A DNA stretch of 64,000 nucleotides from Nemertoderma westbladi (Eukaryota > Animalia > Xenacoelomorpha): positions 24,055-88,054 of the forward strand of contig JAUCBJ010000933.1 of assembly GCA_032718475.1 (NCBI GenBank). Reading direction: 5' to 3'. The notes beneath the pieces are model-generated. The model worked only from the letters and a program-made list of their open reading frames with translations. It did not search any database and was not told the origin of the DNA. The translations under genes were made by a program, and so were the position numbers. Shown here one piece after another: positions 24,276-35,834 of this stretch. The first letter of the stretch is position 1, and each line of letters opens with the position of its first letter.

Positions 24276-24926
24276 CAGTCCAGACTGGAATCCATACACT
24301 TTGCGCCGCATTAATCCGGCGCACTTTGCAATAAAAGCGCGCCAATGTGGCGCGTGGCGCGCTCGTAAAGCGCGCCGACTTTGGCGCGTGGCGCGCTTGA
24401 AAATCGTAAAGCGCGCCGGCTTTCAGCTTTGGCGCGTGGCGCTCCCAAAAATAAAAACCGGCGCCGATTTGTTAGTTTACAGGTTTAACAATTATGGATA
24501 AGTGCCTTAAAAATAGCATTAGCTGTTTAAAAATTTCGGCTCGCTTCGCTCGCCTTTCTTTTTCTGTTGTATGGTTCAGTGGTTAGGCTACTGTTGTATA
24601 CTATACACAGATACAGATACTGAGATAGGGCAGCAGGGACTGGTACAGCAGTAGTCAGTACCTACTGACTGACATTGTGCATTGACAGATTGGTTACACT
24701 CCCTCAAAATTGAATTTGCATTGGCGTGGCGCTCTTCAAAATTGTTTCAATGTGTGGCGCGCTTAAAAATTTAGTTGGCGCGGGGTTTCTTCGAAATTGC
24801 ATCGGCGTGCTTAAAAATTTAGTTGGCGCGGGGTTTTTCTTCGAAATGGCATCGGCGCGCGGCGCGCATAAAAATTGGTCGGCGCGCTATCCGGCGCACT
24901 TTTTGGATGGATTCCATACAGGACTG
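24276..24926. mobile_element. MITE with CAGTCC...GGACTG termini
   Basis: TIR CAGTCCAGACTGGAATCCAT vs ATGGATTCCATACAGGACTG; internal TGGCGCG repeats. Left flank is TACTG; right flank is G-CAG-TACTG (degenerate TSD). Confidence 0.75.
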
Positions 24927-25773
24927 GCAGTACTGCTATAGGTACAATGGCCAAATCTGGCAACCTCCTGACCTCTAAAGTTGCCACATATGGCAATGTT
25001 TATTGCCAAACACCAAATCTGACAACTTTTGGGTTTTCTAATTTTCGCACACCCAGAAGCAAAATCGCATTTTGGTAAATAGGTACAGAAATAGGTAAGT
25101 GAAAAGAGCGCGAAATTTAAATGTAATTGGGCGTTATAAGAAAAAAAATCATCGTCTGAATTTATCTTAACAATCTGACAATAGGCCGAAATGCAGAAAT
25201 GTGCCTATAATAATTATTGCCATTTTTGGCAACCGTTAAATTAAAGTGAAATAATGCAGTAATGGTTGCCATTTTTGGCAACCATTATTAATTACTTTAA
25301 AATTGCTTACTGCTTCAGTGCTTGCTTACACTAGGCCTACACTACCGGTGATACATAATACGGTACCCGGGTACCGCGATACAGGGGATTAGATAACGTG
25401 TTTGGGGGCCTCCACATAATACAGTTGGCCTTATACTGTAATAGTAATATAGGCCTACTGATATAAGTAACGACTTCATAAACCAATTGAAGGAAAGGAC
25501 TGACAGACTGAAGGAGCACTGGAGCAGGCTGACAGGTTACAGAGGCATACTTTTCTAACCAAAACAATAAACGGTCACTTTACCAATTGAGGGAAAGGAG
25601 CAGGTTACAGAACACTGCACCAGTACTGTACCTACTACTGTACAACTACCGGTACTGAACTACCTACAGTACCGGTACAGTACAGATGGAGGCCCTGAAA
25701 CACGCTAGTCCTCGATACAGGTACCAGGTACCGTACCTTAACCAGTACACCAATAGGCCTAACTGCAGTACTG

Positions 25774-26187
25774 CAGTTAGGAACACTGGTCACTTTCTGG
25801 CTGAAGCTCAGCCAAAAATTGTCCACATATTTACAGCCAGAAAGTGTCCGTGCAGCCACTATTTGTCCTTCACAGGCTGCGATTATCTTTCCGGACATAT
25901 TTTGGCTGTAACTCCAATAGTACTCAAAGCAGAAGCTGGGCACATTTTTATTTTTAATATTATGATAGTTATCCCAACGATGAGATTCTAATTCTCAAAT
26001 TAATTTACACAGAATTTTATGGCGATTCTAATGGCATAATTTTTAGAATGCCAATGTTAAAATTTCACTGCCGGTTTTCAAATGAAATTTAGCATTGTTT
26101 TCTATGGAGAAATTTCACTCTGAGAGCGTTTTCCGCGGACACATTCTGGCTGTAAATTGGACATATTGTGACCAGTGTTCCTGACTG
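25774..26187. mobile_element. MITE with CAG...CTG termini and a 5-bp TSD
   Basis: 20-bp TIR CAGTTAGGAACACTGGTCAC / GTGACCAGTGTTCCTGACTG (1 mismatch), flanked on both sides by TACTG (25769-25773 and 26188-26192). Confidence 0.85.
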
Positions 26188-26373
26188 TACTGGTACAGTC
26201 AGACAGTAGGCAGGTAGGTCAAACTGTCCAAGTGTCCGGTCATATGTTCGCTATCGCTAAGATCAAAGGCAAAAGGATACCGAAGAAAGAAGTAAAATAT
26301 TGAATACCGTCGTATCTCATATCGCACCGTATCGGTACCGCAGTACCGGTACTACCGGTACCTAAATGCAATA

Positions 26374-26979
26374 ATGTACTCGTTAGTGTCTGGATTTGTC
26401 AGGTATGTTTTTCAAAAAGGCGAATATGCTGTTTTGATTCTCGGCCTAGACAATGCTGGAAAGACAACATTTCTGGAGCAATGCAAAATCCAATTTACCA
26501 AGGGCTACAACAAACACAGCCTTGAAAAGATAACGGCCACTGTTGGAATGAACATAGGAAAACTGCACGCTGCTGGGGTAAAACTCGTGTTCTGGGATTT
26601 AGGGGGGCAGGAAGAACTGCAAACATTGTGGGATAAATATTACGATGAAAGTCATGCAGTTATATTTATGGTTGACTCGAGTGATATCGAAAGAATAGAG
26701 GAATCTAAAACCGCTTTTGAAATTATGATAGGGAATTCGTTGCTCGATGGAGTTCCTTTACTTCTCCTCATAAACAAACAGGATCTGCCGGGGTGTTTGA
26801 CGGTAGATCAAGTTAAAGACACTTTTAATACGGTGGCGCGAGGACTAGGCGCACGTGATGTTATGGTGGCTGGCGTTAGTGCGTTGACTGGGGCTGGAGT
26901 TTCCGACAATATTGACTGGTTAGCCGAGGCAGTAAAGCGCAACGATATTCGTCGCCCCGCTCGTCAACCTAAAATATGA
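26374..26979 (+). CDS. ARFRP1: ADP-ribosylation factor-related protein 1 (Arf-family GTPase), single exon, 201 aa
   Basis: Non-myristoylated N-terminus MYSLVSG; G1 GLDNAGKTT; ARFRP1-type insert before ITATVGMNIG; G3 WDLGGQEELQTLWDKYY; G4 NKQD; G5 SAL. Confidence 0.93.
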   Translation: MYSLVSGFVRYVFQKGEYAVLILGLDNAGKTTFLEQCKIQFTKGYNKHSLEKITATVGMNIGKLHAAGVKLVFWDLGGQEELQTLWDKYYDESHAVIFMVDSSDIERIEESKTAFEIMIGNSLLDGVPLLLLINKQDLPGCLTVDQVKDTFNTVARGLGARDVMVAGVSALTGAGVSDNIDWLAEAVKRNDIRRPARQPKI

Positions 26980-28069
26980 AATACATTTATATGAAGTTTG
27001 CATTTATTTTTCTTCATCGCCCCTGTCTTCTAAGTACAGCGGTTTGTTTAAAAGCGTCAATTATTGTGCTATAGTATCGTCTGTCTGTCAGACTGCTTGT
27101 TTTCAGCATTTATTGACCTGTCAGTACCGGTAGGGTCTGCTATGTAATTTTGGGGAATTTCACATTTCGGTATCAGTGATTTTTATTCCTCTCAGGTTCC
27201 ATTAGTGGCGGTCTTACGAATAACTGACATCGTCATGTATCGCTAACCATAAGATGTCTTAAGGGTTAGGTTTTCATGATTTGTTTGTTTGGAGTTTAAT
27301 TAATTGAATTAACAAAAAAAATTTTAATAATCGGTTAAATAATTAATTGATATATAAATATTTTGTATATTATAATTAATATATTTTTTGGGGTCGGGTG
27401 TGTAATGGGAGGGAATTAATAATTTATTATATTGTATTATATTAGTTTATGTGCAGTGCATGATAGTACCGTAGTATGGAAGTATGGCATTAATTGCGGC
27501 AGGTTGAGAGTTATTTATATAATAGCCCCGTTATACAATATGTGGTGCAAAGCTTAAATTTATACAGAGATCGAGAGATCAGAGATATTATTTAATGTCT
27601 CTGTGGTTTAAATAGTCCCGCAAAATTTGATACTATTTAATTTTGGAATATTATATTAACGAAAATACGATTTCTGGGTATCTAACATTAATGATGGTTA
27701 GTTAGTTAGTTATTTCATCCACCCGACTTGCGTATTTCATCTATATTTTATTTATTACTATTAAATGTTGTAGATGGATAAATACAATAACAAATAACTT
27801 AACTGTAGTTAATCTGATATAAAATTTTCCATTAAAATACATCATTTAGGTTTTGCAACTCCAACTAATTATTCATTACATTGTTTACTAATTAATTGTT
27901 AGTCAAAGAAATAACAGGATGGTGTTGTGAGTTTTTTACAAAAGTCTTTCGGTTTATTGAATACTTATAATTTGGGTTCAGTTCTATTTTAATTACTAAA
28001 GATAAATTTTCTCGTTGGGTGCCTTGCCTTGCGCTACTGGAAGAAGCTGAATATATCCGCAAACAAAGA

Positions 28070-28324
28070 ATGCCTCAGGGTTCCAAAAAACTCAAACCGC
28101 CGGCAAGTTTAAAACCGAGAAGTGGAGATCGCAAAGCTAAAAAAACTATCGCCTTAAAGAAAGGAGCTAAATTTATCGCCCCAAAAAAGCAGAAAGCTGT
28201 GCACAGAAAAAAGATAGAGAAAACTATATCGAAGGTGATAAACAAGAAAATTAATGAAGAGATTGTTGGCCAAGCAGTCGCGTCGAAATCATCACTGACT
28301 ATGGTTGGAAAGAAGGGTCGATAA
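28070..28324 (+). CDS. C19orf53: Small basic UPF0390 / Leydig cell tumor 10 kDa protein homolog, 84 aa
   Basis: ATG at 28070. MPQGSKK...KKGAKFIAPKK...ISKVINKKINEE...SSLTMV matches the family pattern as I recall it. Confidence 0.8.
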   Translation: MPQGSKKLKPPASLKPRSGDRKAKKTIALKKGAKFIAPKKQKAVHRKKIEKTISKVINKKINEEIVGQAVASKSSLTMVGKKGR

Positions 28325-29583
28325 GATGGGGGGAGTGTCAAAGATATATGGTGGTAGATTTGGAGAACGAAGCCACGATGGTTGTGGAATACCATTAGCG
28401 CCATAATGTTACTACCAACTACTCCATCTACTGGGATATAATTCGTAATTCTTGAAAAAGGGCTCCTTTTCCTAGATTGTACGACCATGACTCCTTAGTC
28501 GTTGAGCCAGAATTTTTATTTTCGATTTCAGTGTTTAGTTTATAAGCGTTCGTAAAAGCTCGATTTTCCTCCCTTGATTTACACCAGATATATATACCCC
28601 AGTTTTTCTTCAACTTTACTGTTATTATCTGATACTGATAGAAGGCTGGCTATGCTACAGTATGCAATGATTACAAACATGTAACACAATCTGAATCTCG
28701 TTGTAAAATAGCTGATAAAGTTGCATGGTTATGAATCTGCTCCAGGCTGTTTATTTGACATTCTGTCTTGAACACTTAAATATTTAATATTAGAAAAATG
28801 TTATTCCAGGTTGTTTGGCAATTGATCATTAAAAATAGCCTCACGAAATGCTAAAATAATCAACTTCATTCAACATTTCAGAATAATTGCAGTACGACTG
28901 GTGCAATATCAACGAAATCCTTCTTCATTGAAAGTAAAATAGAATCTCTACCATCTATATAGTTCGAAGCCAATAGTTATGTTACCATTTGGCTAAAAAA
29001 TTATTTTGTCTTTTCTATTGATTTATGTAGAATCTCTAGAACGTATTAACTTTTATTCCTAAAAATGGCCTCTATATTACCGACATCTGTAATCCATCAA
29101 AATTCAGCTACTCTAGAACGTCATAAATACAGGTACGGGAATTGGGTTCTACACTAAAAACACCGACATCCAGCACAGCATGAGACCAGGCGCCGGTGCA
29201 ACTTACTCAGCCAACCAACCAATCGCAACTCAGTCTGAACTATATCCGATTAGCGATACGAGAGTCGACGCGTAGCCAGGTTCCATAAACCTGGAACTTC
29301 TTTTTTACGATTTCTCGATTTCCCTGACTTTCATGACGCAGCAATCCTTGCAGAACGTCGACTCGTTGCCGTTTTCCTTGACGAAGTCAGTCCGCCGTGC
29401 TCCCATCTCGATACACTCTACTCTTCTTGGGTTCTTATGTTGCTCTGATCAGCTATTTTGCGCCATGCGTTGGTTTTACCGGTTTCCCATGGGTTTGCGT
29501 GGTTATAGGTTTTGTATAGGTATAGGTATATTATAGGTATAGGTTTTGCGTGGTATAGCTCTGCAACCCGTGTGTATTGTTAT

Positions 29584-29805
29584 GTAAAAGTAAAGTAAAT
29601 TTTCTTCGGCCGTTAGGCCAGGGATTACGCACAAAGTCTGACGACTTTATTTCCAGTGCGGTCCCCCCAGAACTATACTCCCCAGAGGAAAGTCAGTACT
29701 CATTTAGGTACCATTTAAGGATGTAAGCCAGAGATGCTGGTCCTTCCAAAGCATTCGTGCCGAAACGAAAACTTCCCTGGCCCCCATGGTTGAACCCACG
29801 AGCTC
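29584..29805 (-). mobile_element. SINE, second family (copy of 48768-49048)
   Basis: Reverse complement of 48815-49045, including the B-box GGTTCAACC, CATCCTTAA..GGTA.CTAAATGAGTAC and a (TTTAC)n tail. Confidence 0.8.
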
Positions 29806-31489
29806 CGATCTTAATTTCCCTCTTGCACAAGCCCAGTTGTAAATCTCGGGGTTAGCGGGATATAAAGTTCTCGTATTATTTCCTTGATGTGAGAAGTTCT
29901 TTATATTTTCCTATTGGCTAAATAGTTAGTAATGGTAGCTGGTAGGTACTTTATACGTGTTCCATTATTCATTATAGGAGAGTAAGAATATACCAAACTT
30001 AAAGTCGGTAGTAACATTATGGCGCTAAAGGCATCCATTAACTATGGAATTAACAACTATTTAATTTTGGTATTGACGCCAGGGACAGGATACGGGTCGA
30101 TACGAAAACGCATTTTGGTATTTCGTATCACAGTATTGAATTCGTATCGAATTTCGTATTGTATCATAAAATTTGACTTCGTATCATAAAATACGAATAA
30201 ATATTTTCTCATATTTTGTATTGTATTTTCGTATCTTAATATTTCGTAAATATTAATGTTATTAACAGTCAAATCAGAGATCATACCATTTATCGGCTAC
30301 TAATCGCGCCTACAAGGAATTGATGTTATGATAAGGAATTCTAGTGAGATAATAATAGAAATACAACATTTATTTTGAAACAAAACATAGTGTTATATAC
30401 TAGAATAAAACTTTTATTATTTTTCATAGTATTATTTTGACTTGGAAATTGAAGTTTTGAATTTTTTTCCATATTGGTCCATCAAATTCAAATTATTCCT
30501 TGACTAACATTTGTACATTATGCATAAAGTGGCATGGTATGGCAACGCCTACTATTATTGGACCGTGTTTCATTACGTCCTTATGGATATTGTAGCCAGT
30601 AGACGTAAGGATAGGTATTTTTATTTACGTTTGTCCGCGACACCCTATTTGGTATACCATTATGAATTTCAGCCCCGAAAAGTATTCAGCCCCGAAAGGT
30701 ATTCAGATCCGAAAATTTAGAATTTTCGTTGCTTTTTTTTGTCATGCATTTCCCGTGCTCTAAAATGTACTACAGTATATTTAATCCCGCGTAACATTTC
30801 AAACGACAAATATTTGAAAAAACTGTTTCGATATTCAGAAAGCCCAGAAAATTCTGTATGCCATAGATACTACCCAAAAATCGACCATTCTGCAACTAAC
30901 AAGACCCTTTCTCGCAAATAGTCACAAATTTTATTTGAAAATAAAATGTGAAAATATTATTGAATTTTAGTTACTATTTTGAAGGAATGAAGCATACAAC
31001 ATCAGTAGGCCTACGCAGTTTGTGTAGTTGCTTACTGCTAGGCCTACAAAGTAAATCACTTTTTTTATGCGTATTGTTATTGCTTATATTTGTTGCTATG
31101 GTAACATCAGCTGGTGGTGGGTAATTAACTATTTAGTTGTATATTAATTATGTGCAATTCATGTTAAATAGAGTTTAATAATTATTAAGAAATTCTATTG
31201 GGGGTTGGTAGAGAATTCCATAACGTAGTAGAATGAATATAGAACGTGCCCTTGTCACCACGTTAATCATAATAAACTAGTTTCGGAATAATTTTTGTTA
31301 CTATTGGTCAATCTTTTAAGATTTATTTCCTGAAAACCTATTTGCTGTTACCATAAAGGACACTAAGGTAGCCTACTGTATCAAAGTAGCCCCAATGGGT
31401 GGTGGGGCGAGTTAGATAATCAATTTTGGGTGAACTGAATATCTCAGAATTAATAGCATCGATGGATTCTTAAGATATGAAATAACCGG

Positions 31490-31752
31490 CATTCCAAGGT
31501 GTTAATGGGATTTTCAAATTACGTAAGACCACAAAAACGCTTGACGGCAACATTCTAATCCGGAGAAAAAAAACAATTCTAATAATAAGGCGAGTAGGTT
31601 AGAAGAAATCCCTCCAGCAGAGGAATAGAAAATAGCAACGCCGAATAGTGAACAGATGTTTGCAATAGCAACCGGATGCTGAAAGGGAAAAGCCCATCAA
31701 TTTGGACTAAATGTCAACTAAATCCCCTCACACCAAGGATACCTCGGTGTCA
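31490..31752 (+). mobile_element. Short fragment of the same RTE-like LINE family
   Basis: CAATTTGGACTAAATGTCAACTAAA...ACCTCGGTGT matches 20753-20808; left boundary approximate. Confidence 0.6.
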
Positions 31753-33077
31753 ACAAACTAGATCATTCTAGTGTTCGTTCTTAGCGTATTATTTAGTTAT
31801 TAGCCAAGAACATTTTTCAATCAGACAAAAAGCAGACCGACTGACATACCGCACCCCCCCCCCCCCCCCCCTTCCCTGTGTCACGTATGTCACAAAATTA
31901 TAGGCATCCCCAACTCCTTGAAACATCAGGTCACTAAATTTATTATTACATATTTTCAATTACATTATTTTTTAATAGCCCAATTTATTATTGTAAGAGA
32001 AAGCAATATATTCGTAGAGTATGAACAATATGAAATAATTATCATAGTGATATCATTACATATATTTCCTCCACATCTACCTACAGTTAGTAATGTATCT
32101 CTCTCTCTATATGAGCTTTACTCTATAGTAATAGCTCTGAAAACATCGATATTATGCAGTGAAGGCATATGAAGAATAATATACTGCTTTAATAATATTT
32201 ATTTATGTAGTTGGGCTAATGGGATATTCATAATAGTTGTTACAAAATCGAAGGGTTCTTACACCCTTGGTGCAATTACCCATCGATTTTTTTGAAAATA
32301 ATTGTCCATTGGCAATCCTTTACACACCACAGTGTAGCATTGCAAATAGTAGTCCTAACCTATCATTACTGTCTTGCACTGTACTGTAGGTGCAATTGAC
32401 AGTAATTTCTGTGCGGAATAATTCTAGGAATTAATGACGTTCAGGGAAAAATAGTAATCGTATGCAACCAATTTGTTCTTGAGATCATCGACCACAACCC
32501 AGCTGAAGAGCTGTTTATTGCCAAATTATTTTCTTATTTACTTATTTTTCGCTACGTATTTTCAATTTCAAAAATTTCACGAGAGCTACGCTTATCTTAC
32601 GAAACTTTCAGTTTCTCCAATATATATATATCGTATCATATATATAGATGGACAATTTGTAGCCGCACTTGATTGTAATAAATTATCGGCGTTGCTTTCT
32701 CGCGGGGAAAGTTTGCTGCGTACCGATTCGAACCAGTGTAGGCCTACTCTGTATACTTACAGCTCTGTTTCAGTTTTAAGCAGGCCCGTAGCCAGGATTT
32801 TTTAGTTGGGTAGGCGAGGCAATATCAGGGTAGGCAGGCGTAAATGTTAATTTGAATAAATTTTATAATAGATTTAATTGTATCAAGTAGGTAGAAAGCA
32901 AAACTACAGTAGGGTCTACAGGTCTACATGGAGTCCTCCATCAGTTCATCATTTGTATACAAAGCACAACATAAACAAGCGCGAAATCGCGCAGGTCCGC
33001 CTCTACCAGTCTACTAATCTAACGCATTAACTGTCTCTTTGAATGGCCTACTACCAATCTTACTACCATAAAAATTC

Positions 33078-33155
33078 ACCGGAAAGTGGGATTGAACTCG
33101 ATATGTAGGCCTCGAGATTCCAAGTCCAATGCTTTACCAAATTCGCCACTGCGCC
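33078..33155 (-). pseudogene. tRNA-like sequence (SINE head or tRNA pseudogene)
   Basis: GGCGCAGTGGCGAATTTGGTAAAGCATTGGACTTGGAATC...GAGTTCAATCCC has A and B boxes, but the acceptor stem does not close. Confidence 0.55.
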
Positions 33156-33424
33156 GTATGAAGCTAAAATTATCTAAACTAAACTAAACTTGTATAAGAC
33201 TCAAACTCTGCTGGAAATTAACAACAAGAACACCATAACACCAACAACTGAGTGAATACTAGAGGTCTTGCTACGTGGAACTAAAAAAACGGGGGAGAGT
33301 TGCAGATAAACATACCTTTTATTGGTAATACATAACACACTCAACGGGTACATACAGTGGCTACATCATAAGCAGATTCTATTCTAACTGTCTAAGCAAA
33401 ATACTGTATGTACCATTACAGGAG

Positions 33425-33821
33425 GGTTGGGTGCAACCTTCGCCCACTTACAACCTTCGCCCGTGGCCAATCTTCGTCCGCGTCCAACCTTCGCCTGGGG
33501 GAACCTTCGCCCGCAAGGTAATCTTCGCCTGCGAGCAACCATCGCCCAATAAGATTTGTGTTAGAAACCATTTTAGTTACAAATTGAGGGAAAGGAGCAG
33601 GTTACAGAGACGGTTTTTTCTAAACAAACAAAAAACGATGTTGTTACAAATTGAGGGAAAGGAGCAGGTTACAGAGACGACTTTTTCTCACCAAAACAAC
33701 CATTGTTTAGTGGGCGAAGATTGCCTGTGGGCGAATGTTTCCGCCGGGCGGTAGTTGCTCATTTTGAGGGCGAAGATTGCCCGGGGCGAAGATTGGACGC
33801 GGGAGAAGTTTGCTGCGTACC
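33425..33821. mobile_element. Foldback/Mutator-like MITE nested in the hAT element
   Basis: Arms of AACCTTCGCCC repeats and their complement GGGCGAAGATT; imperfect 9-bp TSD TTACAGGAG / TTACAGGGA. Confidence 0.65.
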
Positions 33822-35223
33822 TTACAGGGACCAGTGTTCGATGAATGTAAGGGTGGAGTAGGCACTACTGTACTGTAGTAGTAGTAACAGTTGGCCTATG
33901 GAAGATATTATTAAAATGCAAGTAACTTACAATCTGAGCGTAATATGTACCGGTGTTTGCTTTTACTACAAGGCTAATGTTTAAAGAAGACGCATGGAAC
34001 CATAAAATGGTTGTGTAAAAATGTAAAATTATTAATGACGTAAAATTTCTTTCAAAAATTGGGTAGGCGAGACCCACGTTTGGATAGGCGGCGCCTACCT
34101 TCGCCTTATACTGGCTACGGGCCTGGTTTTAAGCCTACTACTACATGTACGAACACCCAAATACACACTCTGCCTCTATAGTTAGAAATGAGTTCCCTAT
34201 AATTTTTTTCAATAAGTTACGTTCAAACACCAATATCATACTGTACTTAGTGAAACATTTCCTTGATCTTTAGTTGGGCTACTTGTCTTAATCGACATTT
34301 ACAATTTCTATAAGGAATTGTATGATAGCTATTGTACAATAATAATTGAAGAATTGCTGTATCTTAGTAATTCAATGTTATTATCATTTGTTTTATTCCA
34401 ATAACTAAAACAATAAGAAAATTAATATATATACAGTACAAGAGCACACGTTACAATTTTCTATTTATAATTGTTAGATCACCACAATTTATTTACCTTA
34501 TACTAAGTACAGCCATGTGGTATAATTAATTATTTTATTTCTTATGATTTTTATTGAAATACTGAATTGAACACTGAATTTTAACAAGGAATGGATTAAT
34601 TCAGTTTTTGAATAACAACTCCGTGGCATGGTAGTACGCGTGCTTGTCCAAGTTTGAATTGACTGAAACTTTGTAGCCATTTACTACAAAATAAGCTTAG
34701 CCTTGGATTCGATTTGCTAAACCTAAAGAGTAAATTATGTAGAGGTAAATAATTGGATTTCCGGTGTATATCAATTCCAGTGTATTTCCAATCAATATAA
34801 TATTATGCAGAAGTGCAAATATTATAGGCTTACGTTTTTAATGACTTAATATTTACCGGCAATCAATATAATATGTAAATAAAATCCTAGCAAACAAACG
34901 GCAGCTGCAACAGAGGATCCAGTAGCCATATCAAATCATTGCATTTTATTACCGCATTCGTTGATGCATGAATATGACTTTACATACGATATTATGCACT
35001 TGCGCGGATATATCCCGCCCTTATTCCGTTATTGTTGTACTTGTTCCTTTGTTTCTTAGGGATGCTGCTGTTCAATATTGTATTGACAGTAAAATCTCGG
35101 CCACTGATGGCTACTGTACGAGCTGTTCACGCACCCTAATACCGAGTATTCATTCAACATAATAATGTGGTAGGTAAATAGTGTCTAATATAATACTACT
35201 ACTAGATAGTAAGTAGGCCTACT

Positions 35224-35834
35224 GTGGGGCGAGACACGTAGTCGGCGAGCCTTGGCATACGGTTCATATAGGGCAAATGGGGCATGTCCGTCTGTCTGTC
35301 TGTCCGTCCGTCTGTCTGGTAAATGTTTGAACGCGAATTTCTCTGCATCGCTGGTTCGGAATTGAACCAAACTTAGTAGGTAAGTAGTAGAGAGAAAGTT
35401 TAGAAAGTTTGTAAAGTTTGGTGAAAAATCATGCAGTCTGACGTCAGCTACGACAGATTATGTAGTTTTTAGAAAATGTTAAATTTCTCGGGAAGGCCTC
35501 ATTTTCCTGAGCTGAAATTTTGGTGGCCTGTAGAGAATCATAAAGTCTATCTTTTACGAAATTGAAAAGTTAAGACATTTAATTGGGGATCCGCTAGAGA
35601 CTCAGAAGTAATGACATAGGCCTACCCGGTACGGTACTGCTGTACAGTGCTGCACTGGTAAGTACGAAATTGCAGAATAACAATTTGACACCACCTAGCG
35701 GATTAACATATGATTGTATATCGAATGAATACATTTATAGCATGGGATATTGGGTCCAAACTAGACATGCCCCATTTGCTCTATATGAACCGTATGCCAA
35801 GGCTTGCCGACTACGTGCTGCGCGAAGTCCCCAC
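35224..35834 (+). mobile_element. Helentron-associated (DINE-1/HINE-like) non-autonomous element
   Basis: 54-bp inverted repeat (35235-35288 vs 35764-35817), followed on the left arm by a (GTCY)n microsatellite. Confidence 0.6.

Larger units (their letters stand above)
32781..34125. mobile_element. hAT-type non-autonomous element with nested insertions
   Basis: Perfect 15-bp TIR CAGGCCCGTAGCCAG / CTGGCTACGGGCCTG and perfect 8-bp TSD GTTTTAAG. Confidence 0.92.

Noticed and set aside
28019-28069. 17-aa N-terminal extension of the C19orf53-like ORF in the ORF track
   Set aside because: It starts at GTG; family similarity begins at the ATG at 28070.
29255-29420. Minus-strand peptides reminiscent of ribosomal protein L18a (MGAR, MKVREI, GTWLRVDSR)
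   Set aside because: The motifs are in the wrong order, spacing and frame; likely coincidence.
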